Shown piece after piece: positions 49,429-63,400 of a stretch of DNA of 64,000 nucleotides. The notes under the pieces were generated by a model. It searched no databases. It saw only the letters and a program-made list of their open reading frames with translations, and had not been told where the DNA came from. A program made the translations under genes and the position numbers. The number at the start of each line of letters is the position of its first letter. The stretch's first letter is position 1. Origin of the DNA: Pelomyxa schiedti. Taxonomy: Eukaryota > Protista > Evosea. The stretch covers positions 26,349 through 90,348 of the forward strand of contig JAHLWZ010000833.1 of assembly GCA_020536535.1 (NCBI GenBank), in the 5' to 3' direction.

Positions 49429-49609
49429 GATACAAGCATTCCAAGTTGGCTAGCCATTATATAAGAGTAGTTACTAAAAAGTACCTTTTCAAGCCCACAC
49501 CACTTTTCTTTTGCAGCTTCGTTTCTGTGTTGTTTCTCGAGCCCCTTTTGGGAGGTTCAAATAAATCAGAAAAAGTGAAGGAACAAGTTCAGATAAAAAA
49601 ATAAAAAAA

Positions 49610-51690
49610 ATGTCCACCGAAACAGCACCCAACGAAGCGTCGACCAACAGCACCCATAAGTCTGAGCCAGCACCCCAACAACCACAGCCACCAACAGCGG
49701 CACCCATAACTGCAGCAACCACCGCCGCAGCCACAACCACAGCCGCGACCACCAGTGCCCCGGCAGCCGACACCAACACCAACAAGCCCAAGTGGCAGCC
49801 CAAGCCCAAGCAACCCAAGCAGCAGCAACAGCAGCAGCAGGCGCAAGGGGCCAAGGGGGGAGGCAAGGGAGGGCAGCAGCAGCAGCAGCCCGCGGCGTCG
49901 GCGGCGGCGGCGGCGGTGCCCCCCTCGGTGTTCCATACCCTGGGGGAGCTGTTCGTGGCGGCGGCGGCGCGGCCCCCAGTGTCCAAGTCGCAGGCCCACG
50001 CCATGTCTGACAAGGACCTGCACGAGGACGCCGTGTTCCCCGTGTGCCAGCACAACCTGTACAAGCTCAGCCCTTATTTCATTGACCCTGCCTTCACCGC
50101 CCCTGATACCCCGTATTTTTACCCCCCTTTTTTTTTTTTTTTTACCTACTTCGCATAATACTGGTAGTACAGCGTGGCAATAAAGGGTAGTTGGAGGGTT
50201 ACATGTGTTTGATAATAATAGTATAGCATTCATTTATGGGTGTGATGATAGCAATTGTACTATCCAAACTGAACTGAATCAAAATTCTAGTGTGGCAGAA
50301 CGAAGATATCGATTTTCTTTCCCAGAATCCAAGCTTGGTATTGTCAATCAGATACGGGCTGCAGTTCCCGATCAGTTGTCGGAACCCACTCATCTTCCTC
50401 CTGAAATTCGATATAAACCACACACTCCTGAGGATGGCATTGACTCGGGAATTATGTGGACCTTGACTTTCCATGAGTCTACAAAGTTTACGATTGAGGA
50501 CCTTATAACCCAGCTATATGTAACTTATGCAAATTCCTTCAATTTTGAGGTACATCTGAACCCTTTTACTGATGTGTTAATGAAAAAATGACCTTTAAGA
50601 CTTGGTATCACAAAATTGCCAATGTGCAAGTACCATGCAAGCCATCTTGTGATCCTCCAACTGTGAGAGCTACAGATCAAACCTGGTTCATCCCGTTGTT
50701 GGAATCTGAGGTGGAGACCCTCTTCACACTACATCAACGCAGCAAAGGGGGAGTGTACTTGAACGATGTCGTAGCTGATGTGCGCTTGAATAAATATATT
50801 GATTTACTCTTATTATTTACAGGTGATGGCACTTGCTGCAGTCTTAAAATCGAGAGCAACAGATTTTTTGAATAGCCTCCCACCAAGCAAGCCCTTTTTC
50901 TTCAAGCTGAATTCTCGGAGTGCAAAAGACAGCCGTTTCTATAAGGAGAAGCAACTCTTCAGTGCAATAAAGCTCAAACGTGCACCAACAGATGCTGAAG
51001 AACCTGGTACTACACCAGAAGCCCCTTTGATAAGATGTCAGGCACGTACGTTTTTTGATGTTGTCTCCGCCATGGTGAGCAGTGATAGAATTTCCGGCGA
51101 TTGCAATGCTTACCTCCGCTGGAAAGTTGGTTCCCCTCTTCCAGCTGACAAAGCACCATCATCAGCGGCTGAAGGAGCACCGCAACCAGCAGAAAGCAAA
51201 CCACCCGCACTTCTTGTCCTTCAGCACTGGAATCCAGCTCCCGCCAAAAATGAGCTCAGGTGTTGGGTCTATAAAGGACAAGTAACAGGAATCAACCCAA
51301 GTGCATATCCAAATTTGTACCCTGCACTCCTAGACAGAGCATTACAAGTCCGCATAATTTCTGCAGTCAAGCGACTGCATGCTGCCACCAACCACTTGTT
51401 ACCGTGGGACTCCTACATTCTGGATGTAGCATATGATGAAGAAAAGGATGTGGCAACTGTTTCTGAGTATAATCCATGGGGGCCATACTGTCCGACTGGA
51501 AGCCAGCTCTACAGTTGGGAGCTTGACATGGTACCTGTCCCAGTTAACACACAGTAGACTGAGGAAAAAACTTTTAGGATATTCTCTATGGCGTAAATCT
51601 GAGGAGGGAAAGACAGAAATGGGCAGAATCTGGCTCTGAACCTAGCACCGAACCATTACCGGATTTCAGAGTACTGCATCGCGGGTATAT
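49610..51690 (+). CDS. CDC123/D123-like (R2K clade) ATP-grasp protein; probably continues into PTH2
   Basis: FETWYHKI...TWFIPL, FFKLNSRSAKDS, ELRCWV, YILDV, SEYNPWG...TGSQLYSWELDM|DILYG...PDFRV. Confidence 0.85.
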
Positions 51691-51717
51691 TACAAACTCA
51701 ATCTACATGTTCAAACA

Positions 51718-52371
51718 ATGAACTCATTCAAAATTAGAATGCAAGTGAAGGACATGTTTGACCTGCATATTGGAAAATTGTGGTATTCACCAGCTCCGGA
51801 ACTTCTGGAACAGCTGGACACAGTCACACACCAGTGCCCCTGTTGCCCAAGGGTATGGAGCCCTGAACCACCTCCAACCCGGCTGGTTCACCTCTGCCGG
51901 CCCATCGGATCGACAGAGAAGCTGCCGGTTACAGAGACCGATGAGGACGAGGACGAGGATGAAGATGAAGGACCCGTTTACAAGATGGTGATTCTTGTCA
52001 GAACCGACGCGAAGATGCAGCCCGGCAAGGTGGCATCCCAGACAGGACATGCAGTTCTCAACGCCTTCCTTCTCACTGAGAAAGCACACCCAGAATGGTG
52101 CACAGAATGGCGTGACCAAGGCGAACCAATAGGTACCTTTCACAAGAACCCACTTCCACCAACTCACAATCTCCTAGTTGTACTCAAGATAGATAACCGG
52201 AAGATGGAAGAGCAAGCCGTGGTGTCAGCCCGTGCAGCTGGAATAGCTGCCTTTGCTGTCCAGGATGCGGGCCGTACACAGGTCAAGTCTGGCACCCACA
52301 CCTGTGTGGGAATTGGCCCTGCTCCAGCCTCTATGCTGGAGCCAATCACTGGTTCATTTTCTCTCTATTGA
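51718..52371 (+). CDS. PTH2: Peptidyl-tRNA hydrolase 2 domain (probably the C-terminal module of the upstream ATP-grasp gene)
   Basis: YKMVILVRTDAKMQPGKVASQTGHA, WRDQGEP, VVLK, VQDAGRTQV..GTHTCVGIGPAP....ITGSFSLY. Confidence 0.92.
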   Translation: MNSFKIRMQVKDMFDLHIGKLWYSPAPELLEQLDTVTHQCPCCPRVWSPEPPPTRLVHLCRPIGSTEKLPVTETDEDEDEDEDEGPVYKMVILVRTDAKMQPGKVASQTGHAVLNAFLLTEKAHPEWCTEWRDQGEPIGTFHKNPLPPTHNLLVVLKIDNRKMEEQAVVSARAAGIAAFAVQDAGRTQVKSGTHTCVGIGPAPASMLEPITGSFSLY

Positions 52372-52492
52372 AAAGTGTCACAAGTAAAAAAGGGTTTTTT
52401 TTTTGTGCCGCCAGCACAAAGTTTGAAATTATTCCTTTCTTTTGTCTATTTCGTTACACTACAACAAAACACGGAGTACAGTCATTGTTTGC

Positions 52493-54299
52493 CTAGGAAG
52501 CTTCTTCCACGCGCTTGTAAGTTTGGTATGTAAGGCGGATGAGAGGCCTCACATCCTCCACTGAGGATAACCTGCAAAGCAACGGCAGTAACTTCATCAG
52601 CTCAGAATCCTCAGTAGAGCCTTCGAAACTCTCAATGGGAATGCCGTTATCAACCTTGTACTGTCAGAAGTGAGAGAAACCAGAAACTGCATACCTGGTA
52701 ACCAAATACGTAAATGCTGTTGTCTACTATAATGACCTGAGCCAGGTCGCGACCAAGAATGGAAAGGTCCTTTACATAGTTATCACCAATAAAGAGACAA
52801 CTGTCGCGAAAAATGCGGTGCCTTGTTAAGAGGTTAATGAAAAATGTTGGATAACTTAGTGGTGGTATACGAAAAGTAAGCTCCTTGCGGGTCTATGGTG
52901 TCAAGGATCAAATTAGCGTAGTCACGTTGAGATGCTGTGAAAACAACGACTTCGTAGAACGCAGCAACAACTATCAGGAATTCTTCTAAGTGCGGCCGTT
53001 GGATTCCATATATGATTCCACAACCAGGTACATCAAAAACCCAGTCAGAATGTAGAGGAGGCTGTTGGCTACAGTGTACTAGCGTTTCATCTAGATCTAG
53101 TACCAGAGTAGGACGTTTACTGGAGGGAGGTGGAAGTAATGTAGGTCTGACCGGAAGGGTTGCATGTGGAGGAAGTTGCTTAATGAAAAGAAGGGCATCA
53201 TGTTGCAGGGATGAAGGATCTGATATGGTTGTTGGAGTTGGTGAAAATGTAGTTGTTAAGTTGGCATTACCTAGCTGTTCACAAGTTCCGTCTGCATGTG
53301 CGATTGTCTCACCCGAGCATTGAGGAGGTAAAGATGTTGTCGGTGCTCCGTTTTTCTCCAATTGCTCTTCGTCATCTGTGTCAATGTCTACCAAACACAG
53401 AGCACTCGAATCTGTGTCGGTTTCACATTCAGTATCAGAGGCAGATGACCTTAGGTTCTCAGTGTTTGCGACACTTTTCCATTGTTCCAAAGGAATCCAA
53501 GGTACTACTGCCTCTCTAACTGTAAAATTGCAGTCCACATTGAAAGGCTGACAGAATTCCCCCACAGGGTGAATGAATGCGTGATCTCCACCCATAAGTT
53601 GTGTGTAATCGTGTGCATTGTGGTTTGCCTCTGGGGCGGATGTTATCTCTACTGATTCTGGTGTTCCTTCTGCAGATTCAGAGTCGTCTGGTGTATTCAA
53701 ATCGCAGGTATCCATGGCATCTGCACTGGATACACACAGAGTTCTTGTGTTACATGAGTCTAGGTCCGGTGACTTTTTTGTACTGGTTTCTTGTTGGGGC
53801 ATTATGGCAAACTCATCAGAAAAGCCGTCTATGGGTACAGACAAATTGAATTTAGATAAAAAGACAGCACATGGATACCGCTGAGAGAGGGAGACTCTTT
53901 CATCGCCAACTCTATGCCCACATTTGGTCGGTGGTGTACGCCCCTTCGCTTGTGTGTCTCCGTTGACTCAACAGAATTGACGCGAGGCTTTTTGGTCCGC
54001 TTTACTGAACTCACGATTCCACACACGCCACGGCATTCATGCGCCAGAAGATCTTCCCCAATGTAATGCAAATCGATGTCACGCTGAGACTTGCTCCCAG
54101 ATCTACTCTTCAGCCTGCCGTGTGGCCCTTTGTGCCGTTCCGAGTGTATGTGGTTACGGTCGTGTCTTTTGTGGCGGTTTTTGGTTACGGAAAAGGTGTT
54201 TGTGCTGAGATCTTGCTCATTTATGTGTCCATCTGCGTCAAGATGTGGGATAGTGCCGTTGTTTCGTACGGGAATCTTCACTACCGCAGTGAGGCTCAT
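52493..54299 (-). CDS. SCP/FCP1-like (NIF, HAD) CTD phosphatase, CTDSPL2-like
   Basis: [73 protein letters not shown]. Confidence 0.92.
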
Positions 54300-54472
54300 C
54301 AGGTTTATTTGTTGCTGTGTTACTTTCTCGAAAGAAAAAAAATTTCCCCAAAAGCGAGGTGATGTGACATTAGAAAAATAGGCGCCACATTGAATCAAAC
54401 ACGTCTATTTTGTTAAGTCCCGGGGCGCAAGTTTTTTCAATGCACCAAAGCTGTAGAGATTCAAGATCAATC

Positions 54473-57400
54473 TCAGATGCCAGGGGGCGGTACTTCCTTT
54501 ATCAGAGACCCGTTTTTGTCAGATATAATGAGGATTGAGAAGGCCTTGACTGAGGACAGGTCGGCTGCAGCATCACTCAGTGAGCAGTAGTCTGCCCTTC
54601 CCCTGAGATCTGTGTACAGATCCTTCCAGAACGTGTTTTGCCCATTGTCCAACTTGGCGTACACCTTCACGTAAGCGCCGGCGATCGGCCTCGTCGGGCG
54701 ACTGGTCGCCGAGGACGACGCAGAATCCGGGGGAGACCGCTCGATGACCTGCAGCTGACCAACTTGGGATTGGACGGTGAGCATCATCGAGTGGGCAAAG
54801 TACGGCGCCGTTCGGCGAAGCCCACCGGTGGCCACGATCTCGACCACCATGTTGGAGTCTCTGAGCTCCTCGGGTACGTCGAACGAGTGGGACTGGGGCG
54901 GGATCGCCGGCGGCGGCGACGCCAGGACCGCCATGATCGAACTTATGGGATCCGGTAGTGATATCTGCTGAGTCACATTTGGCTTTATAAACATGCTGTT
55001 GGTCCCAGGGGCAGAAATAGCCTTGTTTCCTGATGCTATCCTCTCAGTCATGAAGAACGGTTGTGTGGAGAACAGCAGCTCCAAGTCCATTACATAGAAC
55101 CTTACTTGGATTTGCTCTAAGTTGAGGTAGTCTATAACTATCTTTGACCCGTGAATCGCAATCTCCACTGAAGACCGTGTGGCGTGCCAACTCCGCTCTA
55201 AAAGTACGCGCATTCTCTCTGGGTCCGGTTTGTTGTCATCCCTGGCTTTTTCCTTACTTAGCGCCTTCTCGGATTTTTTGCTCTCAGGTGTCTCGGAATA
55301 TGTAATTTCGTTCAAGGCCTCAATTTCTTTCACTTGAGCCTCCATGTCCTTGAACCTTTGCGCCCACCTTGACACTCCACAGGAGCGGTACTTGGCACAC
55401 ATTGCGCGAGCAACCGGTGGTACCATACAATCCTCTTTGTAGCTGTCATCCATGAAGTCCAGATAGGCTGCCATATAGTCGTACTGCATTCTGCAGGGAA
55501 ACCACCTAGGGGATTCAGGATCCGCATCAGGACCCACTACGTCATCTACTGGTGCTTTTGACAATACGGCATCCATATCTCTCTTTGCTGAGGCACCCGG
55601 GGTGTGTACTGGACTCCCGGTTTTGTCAATTGTGGGTGGAGTATCAGATAGAGATGTTGTTGGTGCAGTCGGCAGTGTGCCTATTCTCTCGAAAAGCTGC
55701 CTTGCCTCGAACAACCTATCCTGGAGTAACAAATAGTAGCAGCCGGCCAGAAGGTCCTCAGCAGTTGGCGGATATGGCTTTCGCGCCAGAGTTTGAAGGA
55801 AATCAGCGTAATGTGCACTGAATTTGCTGTTGAGAATTGTTCTGCTCTGCCCAAGTGTGTGAGCACGTGCATTGATTAAAGGGGAGTACTCCAAGTGCTG
55901 GTAAAGATTTAAAATATCGGCTTCCCTGTGTAGCAGTGATGAAGTGAATGGTGGTTTTATGGAGGATATAATATCCTGAAGTGATTGAATTAATCTTGGG
56001 TGAGATAAAAATTCGGTAATCCCTTCCGAATTCATATAGAAGAACGCCCAACTTAGGGCAGTGCCGTTAATGATGTGTCTTTTGCGTAGAATAGAGCAAA
56101 CTTTTTGCCAGAATGGTTGTGACCTCTGGCATCTGAACTGTATATAATCGAGGTTCAAGTTATGAGGATTGTTGGACTCAAGGTACTCCAGTACGTCATC
56201 ATCTGAAGCTTCCTGGGATATAAACTCCCATTTTGTTTTATCCACTGGTGGTTGTACAACAGTAGGGGGTGGCTGGAGCCTTGCCACAACATTCAGTACG
56301 GAAGGAGGTGCAAAAGCAACAAGTTTATTGTCAATTGATACATGAGCAGGATAGTGCGGGAAACTTCCTGTGCCAGGAAAGAAGAAGAAGTACTCAATGG
56401 TAGTAAAAGATTGAGAGCTCACGTTAACAGGATGTGACTTGGTATAAAACCCAGCAGTTCCAACTGGAATGGAGCCAACTGGTATTTGTGTCATTACATC
56501 AACTTTACAATGATCTTGGATGGATTTTACTTTGACCGCACAGCCATAGATTTTGTTGAAAGCAAATTCGTCTACTATCCAATAGTCAGTGGATTCGCCA
56601 GTGTCATAATTCGTTTGTCTGCGGAAATTGGGGTCGAAATAATGCTGCTCGACAATGACGGGAGCTGCTGAACGATGAATATCTGGTGGAGAGTCTCCAA
56701 GATCTCGATAAAAAGCTACCATTGGTGTTGGCGCCGCGATGGATATTCTGGAAGGTGAGAATTGAATTGAAAGATGAGGAGATTTGAAAGGAAGGTCTAG
56801 GAGTGCCATGGTAAAGACTTGATCAGAGAAGGACCCCTTGGCTTGGGTGATGAAAGAGGGTGGGATAAATAGAGAACTTCCCTGGTGCTGTGAGCCTGGA
56901 CTTTCGAAGAAGTCACGGTCTCCTTCCACACGTTCTGCCACTGAGACCCAAAAAGCAGAGATGCATAACCGCATTGCTTCAGCTTTCACATTCGTCTGAT
57001 CATCCAACTTTTTTGGTTGGCTCTGGTAGTACTGTGTTTCAGCCCACTCCTTCGTTTTTTCCAGCTGTTTGAAGGTTTGCTGAACAGTCCCACGCCTCGC
57101 AAGGTCAGCAGCTAATTGGGATTGCTTGCTCTGAACGAGCTCGTTCTGCACAGCCGCTGTTTCTCTTTGCTCTGAGACATCTTTCACGCATGGTCTTTCC
57201 TTGTCCCTCTTGTAACTAGTTACAGGCGGCGATCTGGATCTCGATCTTGAGCCTGATTTTGACCGCGATTCAGACCCTGATCTTGATACTGATCTCGATC
57301 TCGATCTTGATCTTGATCTTGATCTTGATCTTGATCTTGATCTTGATCTTGATCTTGATGCTGATGCTGATCCCGATCCTGACCTTGATGGTGATCTCGA

Positions 57401-60400
57401 AGCAGAAGCAGAACCTGATTCTGAAGAGTTTGAGGAAGATCCACGACGTTTGGGCGCCTCATAATCACACTTGACTTCGCACTTGACGTCACACGATCTC
57501 GAATAATCACACACGACTTCGCACTTCACTTCAGGCTTTGGCATAAAGCAATCCATCTCAGCAACTGGCAGGGGTACTGAAGGCATTTTTGCAGTTGCGG
57601 TGCCAATTCCGGATATATCTGATTGTTGCAGTGCTTTGATCGCATCAGGGTCAAATCCACCACAGGAAAGTGCACACTTAAACAATGAAGGGTCATCGTA
57701 CTCCACCGCTGGCATTCCGACTGAAATGCTATCCACTCGTAAATCTTTCACATGTTGCAGAATCCCCCCCGTGGCACCATCCCATGGCCAGCACTTGGCA
57801 CGGCGCATACGGTTGTACAATAGAATTCTCTCAAGGATATTTAATGCTTCGAACCTACTTGGCACAAGATAGGCTTTCAAGGCGGCAAGAGACACAGCCA
57901 CTATGTGACGGGCACGAACGTCGGTTGCTCCATCCGAGGAATATGTGCACAACAACCAGTGATCCATGAATTGCTTCTCCAGCTTTTGAGCAATATGAGG
58001 ACGAACCACTTGACGGAAGAAATCTTCATCCTTACAGAACACAAAGAAATTCAGCTCATGGCATGCATACTGGGAATACAAGGAACTTTTCTCAGTGTCG
58101 GAAAGGGAACCCCATCTGGTGAGGAACTCAAATGACTGCAGACTTGGGGAAGGACCAAGTGCCGTGAAGAGAGTGTGTACTTTGGCAAGACTGTCATACA
58201 GCCCCAGTGTGGCACTGCTTATATCTGAAACCACCAATGTGGTGTTGGGTTGCATGGGGAGTGTGGCACGTCTTTCAACCATGTGGGATTGTGGTGATAG
58301 AGCAGCCAGAGGTAAAAGACGCATATCACGGTATGGAAAGGAAGGAGGAATGAGTGCTTTAGTGAAAGCCTCTTGCTCTTTGAGAAGGGATATTTCACGC
58401 TTGGTAGTTGGAGCGACAGTACTATCTTCCTTCTTTGTCGGCCGTGGAACTGAGTTAACTGTGAGACTGTACATGTGAACCTGCAAACCATCAACAGCAA
58501 AGATTTGCACAAACCCCCCAGTGCCCAATGCACTTCTGGGTATGGCAATGGCAAGAGATTTTCCAGATGGCCTGAGGTTGGGCAGCACAGTTGAGGATTC
58601 CCATAGGAAGTCCAAAGGAGAGTTATCCTTCAAATATGTCACAGCTCTCTTTTCGCGATTTCCAAACACAGCGTCACGCTTTGCTCCCGATGATGCGGCT
58701 GCAAAAGAAGTTCCCTCTTTTGCACTTTGTACGGCAGTTTCAGTAGTGCTCAACGCCCAAGGGTTAGCGAGCAAAGTTGGCTGCCTATTCATATTTCCAA
58801 GGCGTCGTGGTGCTGTTTTGCGATCCAAAACGTACCTGTACTCTTCACCAAGAATCCTACCATCCAAGTACTGTGACATTCTGTTTGTCATAGAAACAAC
58901 AAACAGTTCAGGGACAGATGTAAGGTTCAGTGCCTCAAATGTAGAAGAAATGGGTACAAATTCAGTGCATACGACGTGTATTCGTGTTGACGGTGTGATA
59001 CTAGATAGTTGTATGAATAGCCACTCACTGTTTTTATTGTCAGCATCAATAATACGAGCTGAAGGATCAGATGAAGTGTGTATGCAGGGTGCATTTTTAT
59101 CCCATGCCTCCAGTGCTGTGGCGGGGATGTCTGCTTTTCGCATTACAGCTGCTTGTGTGACCATAACCGGGATATGTTGTTGGGCTTCCAAGTAGCGCGT
59201 CATCCCTAAGTAGCAAAATGTCGGCTGTACGGGCTCGGTAGCAGTACTCAGAACCTCGGTGATTCTGATATTGCAGTGGTGATCGAACTGCGGGTAATAT
59301 AAGGCATAGTTCCCAGGGAGAAGATTGGTCATTTGTAATACACTTCGAGCAGTGTCAATTCTCAGGAACCGCTGTGATACATCAGCTAAATACGAGCCAT
59401 CTCCAGCCAGTGAAAAAAGGTTCGCTTGTTGGGGTGAGGGCTGAGTTGGAGAGACTGGCCTCACAGGGTCCCATGCCAAGTAAGGAGCCATGAGTACAGA
59501 TGTCTTTCCTCGTTCAAATTGACCATGGAGAGATGTGGGTAAAGACAAAAACGTTGGTTGCGGAATGTTCCATGTGCATGTCGCAGGTGAATTCACGCGA
59601 ATCTGAGTGATGTTTGAAAGTTTACCGAGCTTAATCCGGCCTTGCTCATTGGAAGAAAGGTACGCACTCAATTCTGAGTTAAGGAACGAGTGTGTGGTGT
59701 AGACTAAGCAGTCCACGAATGGTTTTGGTTCTCCAGTTTTTCCAATAGTGTGAAGTTCAAAGGTGCCGTCAGGTAACATACGTAATTGAATATGGGTTTG
59801 GATGTCAAATTTATCATCAATTTGGTTAATTTTGCAACTCCAACTCTTTGACAGTGCTATTTTGGTACCACTTGCACTGCTGTGCTGTGCAACTTTGGCA
59901 TTTAGAGTGATTGAAATCTCCCTCAGGTCGTCTGGAATTCGGAAAGGGTGCACAGATTCCCTGTCATCAAAAAGTTCAAATTTCTTTGTTACCTTGGTAT
60001 TTCTCATGTGGTCTTTGTCCTCTGTAGTTATCTCAAGTGCGATTTCTTCCAGGATGCATAAAGAGACAGGTTGACTATTCAAGTAAAGTGCAGATCTGAC
60101 AAGAATCGACGCTGTGGCATCTTTGATCATTTGTTCGCGATCAATAACAAAACTTGCAACAAGACTGTACTCTTCAGATACATGAGAGAAGTAGTCCAGA
60201 CACGCGAAGTCTCCTTTCTGAATAATTATTGGCTTACGTCCCTTTGGTGAAGTGGTGTATGGAATAATCACTTCCCCTGTTTCCACTGGGCTACCACCAG
60301 TAGATGAAGGTGTAACATCACTGTACTCAATTCCATCCACAAAAACTTGACATCCCTTCACAATGGTATTTTTTTCATCGAGTATGGTTACTGCCTGTCC

Positions 60401-63400
60401 AGCCACAGACATTCTTTCAACAAATCTAAATCCTCCTCTTCGTATAACTGCACGGGAGCTCTTCCCTTGAGCAATGAATTCTATCACGTAAACACCACGT
60501 TGGGCTCCTAGCTGCGGAAATTCGAAAGTGCGCAGAATACGTTGTAAAGGAGAAACGTCATCATATCTGTAAGGCAATTCAAAATTTGGTGCAAGTCCGT
60601 CCAAGTTGATGTCAGTTGTAATCTCACTTGCTGATTGTTTGTAGAAGGCTTCAGTATTTACCTCAAACACCTTCACTAGAAGGGAGCGCACATTTTTCAT
60701 GAATATAGAGACACTAATAGTCATATCTGGATCCGAATAGCACTTGCAATTAGTTGGGGAGAGCTCGAGGTCTACTCGCTCCTGAATTTGACTTGTAAAA
60801 TCACTGGGCAAGTGCGGTGCAATCTCTGGTGTCTGCATCATCTCGAGCCACAAAGCTGGCTTTGAGCTTCCTCCTAGCAGCCGGGTCATGGCAAGGATGC
60901 TGCGCACCCATCCGTCATCCAAATGGTTATTGAAAGCAGAGCCATCTTTCTCTTCTGGATTTACCTCATAGTACTTCTGAACATATGCTTTCAGTAGTTG
61001 TTGGTACCCATCTGTGGTTGGGACTGTCAAGATATTTGAAGGTAATGAAGCCAGTCCAATTTGAAAGGTAAAACTTTGGTCACATGTGCCAATCCAGTGA
61101 GAATTTTGCAGTGCACTTCCGTGGGGGATGGAAATAAATTCATTGAACCGGGCCCAGTTCCATACATCTGAGGATCGCTCCAGGTCAAGCCAATTGTAGA
61201 GAACAATTGCCACCAGATTAATATAAAATGAGAAACGACCAGACAAAGACTTGGAAAACTCGTATGCCGCTTCAAAGAAAGGCTTTTTCTGTGCCAAAGT
61301 AAGATTGGGCCACAGACCTTGGTCGTGATTGGGCAGCATTTTTCCAAGACAAATGCCAGCAAAACGGTCGTTTAATGGGATATACTGAGAGTACACAGGA
61401 TGTTGTTGCAGGTCCTTGAGCATTTCCAAAGTGAAAAGGTGGTTTTGAGTGTTGAAGACCTCATCCAAGGATCTTTGCTTGACTGTTTCCTGTTGAGATT
61501 TGAAAGCTACCAGTGATTGCCCTCGGAAATTTTCTGCCTGAGATTTCTCTGTGTGAACTTTCACTCTTTCAGCAGACTCTGCCCATGCAAGGTCTAAGTA
61601 GCTGTGCATGTAGGTGACAGGGAGAACAGAGTACAAAAAGCATACGCAATGAGAACGTTGTAGAAATTCGGCTGTGATGGATGTGTAAATCTCTGAAAAA
61701 CATCACGTAGGAGCGAGAGATGGACAGTTTTCCAAACCGTTCCTGAACCAAGGGTGAGACAAACTACTACAGGTTGAGCACAACTATACCTAAAAACCAG
61801 GCTGTTTGTCCACACTTCTTGAGGAAATTAATGGAGGGCTTGGCTAGTTCTGAGGCAAAAAAGCGTGGAATTTCTCCAAGCAATGGATTTTTTTCAAATC
61901 CAACAGCGGCAAGGTCAAGTTGAGTCTGATATGATGGGGAGTTTTTTGGAGGTTCCAAAGCACTGTAAACGGGCAGATATTAGTTTGTTTCAATGACTTT
62001 AATGTTGTTGAAAAAAAACAAAAAAAAGGTTTTTTTTTTTGAACATACGGAGGCCATGACAGTCCTCTTTTGGTTTGAGGTTTCCATAATGACTCATTTC
62101 GGTTCCTAAGAGATGAAATTTAGAGACTGCAATTCCACACATAGAGAACTTATACATACCATGTTGTGAAGTTCCAGTTGGGTTTATTGTCACTTGGCTG
62201 TAGGCCAAGTTTTGCTGCTATTTTACACAAAAACTTAGCAGACTCTGCTTTAGACATCTGTCAATGAATTAATTGATTTTTGTTTAAATTTGTCAAAGCT
62301 GGAGACCTGGGAGGCATCATATCTGGAAAAAAGTGATCGCCACTTCAATTCTATGTATCCTGCCGGACGATAAAAAAGGCTTTTATAACGTTTCAGAAAT
62401 GCCTGCCTTCAAGAAATTAAAATGCAGAGTAGCTGAGGGATATGCTGTACCAAGAAGGTCCACCAAGACCCTTAGTTGTGTGAAGAAGTTGTAACCCAGA
62501 AAAGAAGTAGCTGAAAACGGAATTAGATGCCGCCAAAGGAATAACAATCATTTGGGAATTACAATGTCTCTGTTCCCGGAGTAGCCAATGAGAGAGATGC
62601 AGTCCGGCAAGGTGAGAAAGCAAAAGTCCTTGTATCTTCAATCAGGAATAAAACGGAGAAACAATCCAACTCACTCTAAAAACCCTGAGGTCGAGTGCGT
62701 GGGATCAATATCCTCCAAGCATGAAATAGAGGGAAGCAATAGAGCACAGGTTTCATTTACTGTGCCAAGAAATTAGAAGCACAAAATGGGGTTGGCATGT
62801 CGATTTGATTACACACAAGTTGTAGGAGTTCTGAGGGAAGGTTTGGCCTTGGAAGTCACCGTAGCATTTGCCTGATTAAAGCAGCCATCACAAACATCCC
62901 ACTTGCACTCCTCACAGTGCCAAACCTACGAAATTATGGGTTTAGCACAACCAATACAAAACGAGCAAACAAATCGACAGACAGACAGACAGACCAGAGA
63001 CATCGACCACATCATAACGGGTATTAAACGCCGCGTCGGCCGATTGGGGGCACATCACAAGATCATTCTTCTTCTTGTCCGAAGAAGAAGAAGAAGAAGA
63101 AGAAGAATAACAATGGAGAGGAAGGTGGAAGGTGTACGCACAGGGATGCCCTCGCCCTTTGAGCGGCACAGCTTGCACCTCCACGCGCCCCTCTTGTAGT
63201 TGGGCACCACGAAGGCCAGCGGGTGCTCGTGCGACGGGTGGCGCTCTGCCTTGGGCGCCTTCCTGTGGTGCCGGTGGCCGTGCTTGCCGCTGCCCGATGA
63301 AGGGGGCGTCGACGGCGTAGACGACGACGACGCCGCGGCACCCTCGCCATCTCCAGCAGTACTCTCGGCGGCGTTGCTTGCCGACGTAGAGGTGGAGGTC

